DNA of 64,000 nt from an archaeon (lineage in GTDB: Archaea > Micrarchaeota > Micrarchaeia > CAILAH01): the NCBI GenBank assembly GCA_024274875.1, contig JAJSAH010000020.1, positions 3,897 through 67,896 on the forward strand. The letters run 5' to 3'. Of the stretch, positions 26,563 to 36,800 are shown in pieces. A program made the translations under genes and the position numbers. Position 1 is the stretch's first letter; each line of letters starts with the position of its first letter. The notes beneath the pieces were generated by a model. The model was given only the letters and a program-made list of their open reading frames with translations. It was not told where the DNA came from and did no database searches.

Positions 26563-29244
26563 TTATGGTTTGCTGTCCTCATAGTAAGAGCAAGAGACAG
26601 TTGTGACCTGAGCAACGGAAATGCTGTCCATATTCACTGCATCCAACGTTGATGATATTCCGCTGTCAGCATCAAGCAAGCTTATGGATTTAGATAGCAT
26701 CGAATTAAGCGCAAGATTTCCAAACGCATCTGCCTCCACCACGCAGTCATTTCTCGAGGATATGCAGTATCCATAAATCTCTTCAGATAATGTATCGCAC
26801 TCCTGCGCAACTTGGTCGTTCATTCCTTCATAAGCGCTTGAATATGCATCGAGAAGATATTCTGTGAACATATCTATGCACGCATCTTGTGTTTGCTGTT
26901 TCAAACTTTCGCATGACGATATGATTGACGCTTCGCTTGAGCATTCATCATAATTCTGCGCGCATATTAAGTTTGCGCATAATGAAATTACTTCGTTGGA
27001 GAACCAATCGCACCTGGATGCATACACTCCTTCCGGATGCATATCACCTTCCCAAAGACCTCTAAAAACATCTTTGCACGCATATTTATCCGCATCGTCC
27101 AGCAATTTGCTGCACAGCGAATCCGCAGTTGATGCGCATGAATAATAGTTGCCATAATAATTGCCCTCGCAGGCGCTATGCATGCATTCCATAGATAAGT
27201 TTAACTGCGCATGCCTGATTCCCTCATATAAAAATGATGTAATAACTGGATTCACCTTTGTCGAGCAATCTGGCTCCCTGCCAAGCAGAAAAATCTTTCG
27301 GATAGGGTTAGTTGCGCCATACGGCGCAGCAATCATGTATCTCCATTCCAAATATGAACATCCCGAATAATACTTCTCCTGGCCTTTTATGTAAGGAGAT
27401 CCTCTCATTACTAATACGCCTGTGCTTGCGACAGCAGGTTTTAATTCATCTGGCACTGCAATATCAGTAAGGTAATCTGCAAGTTCTTTGAATGCAATAT
27501 TAATCCTTTGCGAATATCCAAACCCTAGAAGATATATGTTAAATGTATCGCTCACATTTCCATACAACTGCGTTCCAAGCAAGTATTTTTGCTCTGCAGT
27601 CAGCAGTTTCGAATTAAAGCATAGCGATTCAGTAGTTATATCAACAACCTTGCAGGTTCCATCTTCGCACACATCCCTCATACACTGCCTATCAAAAGCA
27701 TCAACTTTCCCGTCTCCATTAAAATCAAACCTTCGGTCATACAATGAAGTGCACTGCGCATAACTCTCTGAAGAGCCAATATTTTCACCGCAATACGCAT
27801 CGAATATCTGCAAATCTGCAGTGTTTAGCAGCTCATCGCCATTCAAATCATACATTGCGCCATCATAATTGCACTCATAATAATTATCTACGCATATTTC
27901 AGGAGATTCTGTTTCAAAAACCCATGATGGAAGATCGGGATTATCCATCCAATCGTTAAATTGGTCTTCAGTGAATGTAGTCCATTCATTTTCGCCCTGC
28001 TCATCAGTTGATGTGCAGGCGATTGAGCCCGTGCTTAAAGGCAATACTCCAAATCCTCTGGCAATCAAGTTAGATAAATCAATGCATAAGAACTCAATGT
28101 CGCCTCTCTCAAACACTTCGCCCTCTTCACTGGCGCATGCGCCTGTTGATGCATCCCTGCATTCATACGGGCATGCGGGATCATAAACAAACCCTGGCGG
28201 GCAATCGCCGGCGCTCATGCAAGAGTATGTTTCAGAATCCGGCAAGGTCTTTGCGCACACTGAACCTGCGCACTCAACGCATGTCCCTGAAGCATCGCAC
28301 ACAGAGCACTGCTGGCCAACCAGTGATTCAGCGCATAGCATATTTTCGCATGATGCGCAATCCCCGCTGTTGACATCGCAACACCCAGAATCGCATCCTG
28401 CGCACGAATAATAACCTTCAGGGCACGCACCGATATCTGCGCATGTGTATGTTCCTAAAACGTTTGCGCACACTGAATCGCTGCACTCAACGCAGGTTCC
28501 GGAAGCATCGCACACAGAACACTGCTGGCCAATCTGTTCTGGGGAGCATTGCGCACCGCTGCACGATGCGCATTCTCCAGTTGCTGCTGCGCAGCATCCA
28601 GTATCGCAGTTATCGCATTGAACATAACCTGCGGGGCATGCGCCTTGCTGCTTGCACACATTCCTGTTGAGCAACGAATCATACGCGCAATAACTGTTAT
28701 CAGTGCAATCCGCGCAATTGCCTGATGAATCGCATATCTTGCATCTTTCTCCGGGTTCATCGCAAGGTTTATCGCTGCACCCTTCCAACAGTTCGCATCT
28801 GCCCTGAGCATTGCATGCATAATCCGAACAACAGGACTGCACATCCTGCGGATCGCACAGCAACCCTGCCTCGCAAGGCGCGCACTCTCCATCTGAACAC
28901 ACATATCCTGCGCAGCACGAGTCCTGCTCGCCGCACGATGCCGGATTTACACACGCTTGCTGAACCGCAAGACATTCCTGAGGGTTATCAACACTGCAAC
29001 ACTCGCCTTTCGGATTCATCACATATCCCTGCCCGCAAACGGAATAATCGCAGTAATCGATCTGATTGCCTAATGCATCAAGCACGCAGCACCCGCACGG
29101 ACTATTGCACTCAAATGCTTCATCAGGGCATTCCACTCCTCCATGTTGCGAGAACAACCATATTATAAGCAATCCAAGCACGACAAGCACTACTAATGCA
29201 ACGATTATTCTGTAATCTGCCTCGCCTCTATTTAACATTCCCAT
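26563..29244 (-). CDS. TM-anchored cysteine-rich surface protein with dockerin-like repeat pair (893 aa)
   Basis: N-term TM IVALVVLVVLGLLIIWLF; about 100 Cys in CxxC/CC modules in first 370 aa incl. a duplicated ~71-aa module; DLNGDELLNTADL...DFNGDGKVDAFD; last gene of operon. Confidence 0.7.
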   Translation of the reverse strand: MGMLNRGEADYRIIVALVVLVVLGLLIIWLFSQHGGVECPDEAFECNSPCGCCVLDALGNQIDYCDYSVCGQGYVMNPKGECCSVDNPQECLAVQQACVNPASCGEQDSCCAGYVCSDGECAPCEAGLLCDPQDVQSCCSDYACNAQGRCELLEGCSDKPCDEPGERCKICDSSGNCADCTDNSYCAYDSLLNRNVCKQQGACPAGYVQCDNCDTGCCAAATGECASCSGAQCSPEQIGQQCSVCDASGTCVECSDSVCANVLGTYTCADIGACPEGYYSCAGCDSGCCDVNSGDCASCENMLCAESLVGQQCSVCDASGTCVECAGSVCAKTLPDSETYSCMSAGDCPPGFVYDPACPYECRDASTGACASEEGEVFERGDIEFLCIDLSNLIARGFGVLPLSTGSIACTSTDEQGENEWTTFTEDQFNDWMDNPDLPSWVFETESPEICVDNYYECNYDGAMYDLNGDELLNTADLQIFDAYCGENIGSSESYAQCTSLYDRRFDFNGDGKVDAFDRQCMRDVCEDGTCKVVDITTESLCFNSKLLTAEQKYLLGTQLYGNVSDTFNIYLLGFGYSQRINIAFKELADYLTDIAVPDELKPAVASTGVLVMRGSPYIKGQEKYYSGCSYLEWRYMIAAPYGATNPIRKIFLLGREPDCSTKVNPVITSFLYEGIRHAQLNLSMECMHSACEGNYYGNYYSCASTADSLCSKLLDDADKYACKDVFRGLWEGDMHPEGVYASRCDWFSNEVISLCANLICAQNYDECSSEASIISSCESLKQQTQDACIDMFTEYLLDAYSSAYEGMNDQVAQECDTLSEEIYGYCISSRNDCVVEADAFGNLALNSMLSKSISLLDADSGISSTLDAVNMDSISVAQVTTVSCSYYEDSKP

Positions 29245-29251
29245 TTAACAT

Positions 29252-30862
29252 TCACCTCTGAACCACAACTGGGTCTGCAAAACATTGTTGCCCTTCCGGG
29301 CATGTTGCCGCTATGTTATCGCAATAATCTTCAGGAAGCACTTTCATAGAGTATGTAGGGTATTCATACGGAGACACTTGAGATGAGCTGTAATATGAAT
29401 TGCCACCGCAATCAAACGCATAATTAAACACTCCATCGCCCTGCTCATATGAAACTGTGCAACACGAACCCTGTTGCGCATCCTGATACCCTGATGCGCA
29501 TACATCAGAGGTTGTTGAAACAACACCGTCAGGGATGGCATTGCGCGGCAGTATGTACATGCAACATGCGTCAGGGTTATCGCTGCATTCGAATGCTCCA
29601 CTTGGACATGCCGCCTCAACAGATGGAGCGCATATGATCATGCCTCCTATTTGCTCGCACTCAGGCAATATAACTGCGCAACCGCGCCCTTCGCATAAGA
29701 ATGTTCCTTCTGGGCAAGCCACTATATTTTGCGCGCCCTGCTCGCAACAGCTGCAACCCTCTACATTTTCACATGGGTGACCGCTTGCACAGACCGAACA
29801 TTCGCCGGTCAAAGCATCGCAGCATCCTGAAGCGCAATCCTCCGCACTGCAAGCAACCTGTCCTTCACCGCAATTCCCAGAACTTTGACAAGTGAACATA
29901 GACGCTGCATCATTCCACGCGCACACAGTATCATCTGCGCAATCAATGCAATCATTTCCTGAGCAAACTATGCATGCTTCGCCAGGGTTGGAACATGGAA
30001 AACCTTCGCATGATTCCGCATACGCGCACGAACCCTGCGAACATACGCCGTCATCGCAGCAATCCTCGCTGAATGAACACGACCTGTCGCAAGATTCGCA
30101 GGCATTTGCATTCATATTGCATTCAAACCCGTTGCAGCATGGCTTGTCTTCATCGCAATACGCGCCCTGCTCGCAACCGCTGCACGATCCGTCTATGCAT
30201 GCATCGCCATCGCAACAATCCACATCAGATGAGCAGGAACGATAACAGCTTTCGCAGGCTCCAGCAACGCAGTTCCATCCGTTGCAACACTCATCATCTT
30301 CCGCGCAGGTTCTCTCGCATGAGATGCAAAACTCATTGCTGCACTCATAACCGCCGCAACAATCCGAATCAGATGCGCACGCAACATTATTGCAAGATTC
30401 GCATGTTCCCTCAGCCGTGCACATGAAACCTGAGCAACATGAGTTTGGGTCCTGCGGATCGCATACAAGCCCTGCTTCGCATGGAGCGCATCTTCCATTA
30501 CTGCATGAATAACCTTCGCAGCAATCCAAACTGCTTTCGCATGAGAGAGGATTAACGCATACTTTTTGATTAGTTATGCAATTCGCTGGGTTCTGAGCAT
30601 TGCAACACTGCCCTGTGCTTGGATTAAGTGAAAAACCTTCTGGGCACGACCCTGTCTCGCAGTACTCTACCAAATTGCCAAACCCATCTTCCACGCAGCA
30701 TCCGCATGCGCTTAGTGATGCATCGCACTGCACAGCTCCTTCTGGACAATTCCCGCCCAAATTCTGAAACAAAAGCATGAACAACAGCAAAAGCATGAAC
30801 CCAATAAGTAATATTGCAAGAAGTTCCATGCCTGTGTCATTATTTCTCCAAAACGGCATCAT
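29252..30862 (-). CDS. TM-anchored cysteine-rich protein, paralog of the N-terminal half of the 893-aa protein (536 aa)
   Basis: N-term TM LLAILLIGFMLLLLFMLLF; shares GRCAPCEAGLVCDPQD block (vs GECAPCEAGLLCDPQD); >90 Cys. Confidence 0.7.
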   Translation of the reverse strand: MMPFWRNNDTGMELLAILLIGFMLLLLFMLLFQNLGGNCPEGAVQCDASLSACGCCVEDGFGNLVEYCETGSCPEGFSLNPSTGQCCNAQNPANCITNQKVCVNPLSCESSLDCCEGYSCSNGRCAPCEAGLVCDPQDPNSCCSGFMCTAEGTCESCNNVACASDSDCCGGYECSNEFCISCERTCAEDDECCNGWNCVAGACESCYRSCSSDVDCCDGDACIDGSCSGCEQGAYCDEDKPCCNGFECNMNANACESCDRSCSFSEDCCDDGVCSQGSCAYAESCEGFPCSNPGEACIVCSGNDCIDCADDTVCAWNDAASMFTCQSSGNCGEGQVACSAEDCASGCCDALTGECSVCASGHPCENVEGCSCCEQGAQNIVACPEGTFLCEGRGCAVILPECEQIGGMIICAPSVEAACPSGAFECSDNPDACCMYILPRNAIPDGVVSTTSDVCASGYQDAQQGSCCTVSYEQGDGVFNYAFDCGGNSYYSSSQVSPYEYPTYSMKVLPEDYCDNIAATCPEGQQCFADPVVVQR

Positions 30863-30872
30863 TCCACCTATT

Positions 30873-33800
30873 CTACTCGCATTTATATTTCTTATACAAC
30901 TCCATCAAACGCGATTGGTCGCACATGTTGCCCTGCTGACCTTTAGGAATATCACTTTCAGAGAATATCATCAACGCCTGGCCTTCTCCCATATAATAGT
31001 AATTGCCGCATAAGTCAAACCAATGGCGCGCATACGGATCCTTCCTAACTGCGTTCTCAAGTATAACATCTGGATTGTTAACATCTTCAAATGAATTTAA
31101 CAGGTCTGCAACATCACTGCCTTCTCCGAAACTTGGCAGAGATATTCCTGATGAAGACAGCAGGTCTGAGTAAGATGATATTGTGTTTTCAAACTGCCCA
31201 TAACTTGATGCAAGATCCCCCTCCGTTTCGAAAGATGTGCTTGCAGACGATCCAAACATCGCTCCAGCATACTGCGAAAATGTGGGCATTCCGGGATACA
31301 GTTGATCCGTATGCACTCCATACGTGAATGGATCTTCCCCGCTTGTTGATGAATCATAATACAATCCGTAATCTTCGCCAGCTATCCCTGTTGACAATGG
31401 TTTGCACGAAGTATCAACCAAACAATACTGCCCCATGCCTATTATGCCTGAGCCGATCATTATCACAAAATCCTGGCCGTATAGGTCTTTCAGCTGCTTA
31501 ATCATTTCAGTATTAGTCCAACACGATTCATCCTCGTTTGCATTTCTATTTATGCCAAACCCTATTATTATTGATGGCATTCCATGATTAACAAGAGCAT
31601 ACCGCGATACATTATACAATCCTTCCAAATATGAAGAAATGGTGCACTCGCCTCTGCGCCCTGCGCCAGGGTCATCAATCACGACAATATATCCAACCAT
31701 ATCTGCCCTTTGCAGACCTTCACCCATTTTTTCTTTCAGCTTTTCATCAATCGCATCAATAGCATTCTTCATATTCTCTATATCAGCATCGCTCAACCTA
31801 AGTTCATTTGATGACATATGTATGTAAAACGGAATTGTCGAAATGCACCTCTGCTTGTAAACAGTGTTCTCATAAGGGCACATATACTTATATTGCAAAC
31901 CGTAACTTTCGCAGAAATCCTTATCTAAATCAACGCAGATGCCAGTATCCTCATCGCAGCAGCATCCATCAATTGAAAAATCGCGGTAGTCATAAGTATG
32001 CTCGATGTTTTCAGTTTCGGATTGTTCAGTTGCGCCGCCGCAAACTTCATCATCAACAGATTTAACGCTTCTGCACACACCCTCAATCTCTGCAATCTGG
32101 TCAGCAAGCCCTGAATAGCCTTCATCGCCTACGCTCGCAAGCTGGCTTACATCAATAAGCTCAGTTGTGATAAAGGAAGGTGTTGCAGGAGCGCGCGGGT
32201 TTAGCAGCTGCGTCCTGTAAACTGGATTATCCGCGCCCATTTTAGGCTCTGCGATTGATTCAGCAATCTCAGCCAGTATTGATAATTGGCTCGGGCTGCC
32301 AATCTCATCAACTGTGGCATATAGTTGCCTCTGCGTCAACGAATCTATAATTGAATGGGTGCTAACACGCTGCGCATCTCTGCATACGCGATCTCCAGGG
32401 CTCAAAGATTGCTCATCTTCAAAACCAGTTAAATAGTCTTTGAATATCACCGTTCGATCTTCATCATCTCTGTTAGTTATGCATAAGCGCGAATCTTCGC
32501 TGTTAGGAATGCTTACTTTTCGCGGCTGGAATGAGCTTATGTCTAACTCAATCTGAACCTCAGGTTTATACACATTAACTGTAAAGCTTTTTCCAGAGTA
32601 AGGGTTGTAAAATAGATACCTGATTTTTTTGCCATCGTTCGGTATCTGCAGCTCATTCGCAGTATTGAATGTTTGATGCTCGCCAGGACTTAATTCAAGC
32701 CGTCTTATCTTATCGCCCATCTCCACAGATTTGGCAGACAAGTATGCATCCATATCGATCGGGCTTACTGAATACTGCACGGAATCAATTATGCAATCCT
32801 CATAATCTCCGCTGCATATTTTGGTCATCTTATTCTGTATAACTCCATATATATCATCTTCCGAACACGGATCGAGCGCGCCGTAATACCATACAACTGC
32901 ATCAGGCCCTGTGTTATTTATAACTATTTCATCGCCGAGAGCAACATCAAGCTCATCAACTGAAACTGCGGTAGACGGATCACCTGGATCGATCTGCTGC
33001 ATTACGGTTAAGTTGTATAGATACACATCTGCATACAATGCGTTCTCCATAATGTAATCCATGCTAAGCGAAGTATTTCTGTACATTCTCCCATCGTGCG
33101 CAAAAGATGGCACTTTGTACAGCAAATCGCCCAACTCAGTATCTGCAAGATTGCGAGCGAACGGCGATATATGAGAAAATATAATTTCCTTCCCATCTTG
33201 CACATCTAAAAGATTTGGGTAGTAAGGCGACTCATGCACTGAATACCATCCCTGCATATCTGGAGAGTATGAAACCGTGCCAAGCGGCGAGATAACCTCT
33301 TGAATTCCATCAAATGTGTCCTCTCCATAACAAACCGCTTTCAGCCCTGACTCGCTGTTAATTTGGAATACGTCTGAGATCGCATAACCCTGCCCAAACT
33401 CGCTCACTCCTTCCTGAACCTCGCCTGCCAAAAAGTACGTGCGCCCAGGATCAATGCTGTTCACCATGAACAGAATGCCGTTTGTAAGAGAAGATTCATC
33501 TATTCCTCCTCTTATTCTGTTTCCTGGATCTAAATCATTGTTTGGATTGCTGGATGTATCGCAGGGCGTTTCTGGGAATTCGTAATAATCATTATTTATG
33601 AACCTATACACTCCATTATACTGGCCCACTGGATTTGATAGGTCGAAAAAGCGCACTCTTCCGCTCTCATCTTCTGAATATGCAAATGAATCTATTCCGC
33701 CAATCACATTCGCCAAATACCAATTGTCATCTCTCGTGCCCTTCAACTGGGAATCTGCGCCCCAATCCTGCTTTGTAGCCCTGCACCAATACCAAAGCTC

Positions 33801-36800
33801 TGTGCCTTCCTCATCAACTGTGCTATCTTCTGCAGGATAACCGCACAGCGCCCCGTATTTGTTGTATATTATCAACGGCTTAGAAGCAGCAACTATTAAA
33901 TCTGACCACAAAGCATTCTTAACATCATTGCTTAACCTACCTGGGATAGGCTTTGCTTCAAAATCCCGCTTATCACCGCAAGTCCTGCCGCCATAATTTT
34001 GGTTATAATCTCCTACAAAATCGCCCGTAAGCAAAAACGGCTGGGTCGTAATCAGCCTGCCGCACGGCCTCTGTATAGAATAATCATCAACAAATTTGAG
34101 GGCCGCATCATTGATTATTTCGCCATTCGCCAATATGAGCGTTTCTGGAACAATTTCAACAAAGCGTGAATCTGCGATATCGATTTTTCCATAATCCTGC
34201 CTATGCGACAGATCATACGGGTTTGGCACACTGCCAGGCATAATCGAACCAAATCCATACTGCAATCTGCCCACAACCTGCGGAAGCAGCACATAATCAT
34301 TTCTCTTGCTGCGCAAATACTCATATTTGCCAACGCCCCCAGCAAACGCGTCTCCTCCAAGCTCAGGCACTCCAATAATATGAGGAAATGAGTATGCAAA
34401 TTCTTCAGGATACACTGTGTTGTTGAACGGAACTATGAACCCAATCTTTTCTCCGATAGTATTTACATAACCGCACCCTGATTTCACCCAACCTGGCCTT
34501 TCCTCGCCGGGATTCTCGTTGTGGTACCACTTATCATACCACATGCTTGGGAATACATTAACACCCTTAACAACAAACAACGATCCTTTCCAATTCTTCA
34601 GCATGCTTTCACTGAATGCGCCTCCCGAATCGCTGTTGCTTAATATCCACGAACGGCCTGGCGCATACCTCCTGAGCAGTACTGAATAAGAATCTGAATA
34701 AACATCTCCTCCCAAGTCAACATATGTAAATCTCATTATCTTGTCGGATGTCTCTAACGCAATAGGAGTGAATATTCTGTACTCCCTTACTGCAAAGGTA
34801 TCCTTCATCCCTGTGATATACCCAGGAGTTAACTCAATTGTTCGCTGTTCAAGCTTAGATGTATATGTGTTTGGGATTATCCTATGCGTGCTTTTCAGCA
34901 CAAGAGACCCTACTCCATTTTCATCTGTATCTTGACTCCTGCCCAAAGATAATTTAATATCATCATATCCCATGTTCGGCAGCAGGGTTATATCAGTAAC
35001 TTTGGCTGCGCCGCCAACATACGGATCATGATTTGATAACGCATCTATATCGCTTGCCGATAAAGAATATGCAGTCATTTTCTGCGGGCTCCAAAACTGC
35101 TGAAGATCTGCTGTTGCGGGAGAGCCGTCATCAACTAACATGCAGTAAGAGTTTGCGCTGACATCGCTCGGCCTAAGCATTACTGCTCTGGGATCCTCTG
35201 CAAGATTGTGAAGCCTAACGAGATAATTGTCCGTTCCATGACTGTCCATTCTGTACGCATCATAAGAAACTTTCAATTCGTGAGTAACCGCGGCTTTCTT
35301 TAAATTGAACTGCTTTGACACTGTTCCGCTGCTCACGCTGAAAGTTATATCTTCATCAGGCATTTCAAAACTCCATCCATTCAACGAAGGCGAATATGCG
35401 CCAGCTTCAGGAGGAGCAGATACATCATCTCTTGAAATTCCATCTGCAAGCGTCACATTGACCTTGCTGCCTTCTGCGATTGAATAATTCTCAGGAATCG
35501 AAGGGTCAACCATATTAACATCAGTATCGCCAATTCTGGAATACACAAATACAGGCAATGCGTTATCATACGCGAGCATAGAACGCGCCTGCATAATCTC
35601 TGTCTTGCTCGGAACGCCGGACAACATTTGAACGCCAAACCCTAATGTGCTGCTTGAACCTACCCTTCCCAACGCAGATGCAGAACCTCCTTCAACATCG
35701 CCGCGTATCACTAACATATTTTTGGGAATATTGAACTGCTGCGCATCTTCATCATAATAACTTAGAGCAATGCCTCCTATCCTGCGCACAACAAAAACAT
35801 TAGCGCCAGGACGCAAAACTATTGAATCTCCACTGATCATGCGCCGCGCATTAATGCCAACCTCGAGATTTACAAAACCTGATTTCATATCATCCTCCTT
35901 GTACTGCACATTAAGCGCGCGCATCTTGTAATCTCCAAGCTGATATTCATACACTACCTGCTCGTTCGCAGGCGCTGTGATTGAGCGTTCTCCGTTTGAT
36001 GAATAAACTTTAATAGATATATCATAATCCGCATTGTTGCGTATCACGACATCCGGCACAGACAAATCTAACCTTGCCATGCTGAACCCTGTCCCATTTG
36101 AGATAGATAAATCCTCATACACTTTGTAATTAATATCATCAAGATTAACTACTTTTACATCAGGGAATTGCGAGAACAGATCTAAATTGAGCGGACCTTC
36201 AAACGCAGATGCGTAATCTGGAAACGCAACTTCAGCATATCCAGGCACGGAATTGCCGTTTACTATATATAATATGTTCTTGTCCCCTACCGCAACAAGA
36301 GCGTACAACCCAGTATCAGCATTCCTGAACATGTGCAATCCATCTGAATTCATATCATAGCATCTTTTCTGGCCTTTGGAAATCAATTCGCCTGACTGCG
36401 CAGCGCCGTTATCCCATTCCAAAGAAGACGAATCTGAAACTAATGTTGGCCCAATTATCCTAACATCAGAATCTACAGCATTTATGCATACCTTTCCGCC
36501 TTGAGCGACCCTTCCATCAGTAGGAACAAATGCAGTTGAATACGCATCTATGTTAAGAACATCGCCCCCAGTAGTTGAGATGTAAAACTTTGCGCCGGAC
36601 AATGTATCAACCAATTCATAGTTTGCTTCATTCTCAGACAAACTATAATCGCAGTAATCCTGCAACGGAGGCAACATAAATGAACCTGAATGCCCTTCAT
36701 CGCTCGAATACTCAACCTCTCTCTCTTCTCCAACAGGGTTTGAGATGCATATGAGGTCATCCTTTTTTGCGATAGATGAATACGGGGAATAATCATAATC

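Noticed and set aside
27161-30498. Numerous 60-150-aa plus-strand ORFs (e.g. 28137-28373, 28725-29168, 29892-30245, 30073-30426) opposite the Cys-rich genes
   Set aside because: Shadow ORFs produced by the stop-poor, GC-elevated Cys/Gly/Ala coding on the minus strand. They have no start context or motifs and are fully nested in long minus-strand genes.
31400-31700. Confident call of a clan-CD (caspase/gingipain-like) peptidase in the giant protein C-terminus
   Set aside because: A His-Gly dyad and a downstream Cys exist, but the Cys does not directly follow the hydrophobic strand as in clan CD. Retained only as a low-confidence 'possible hydrolase-like domain'.
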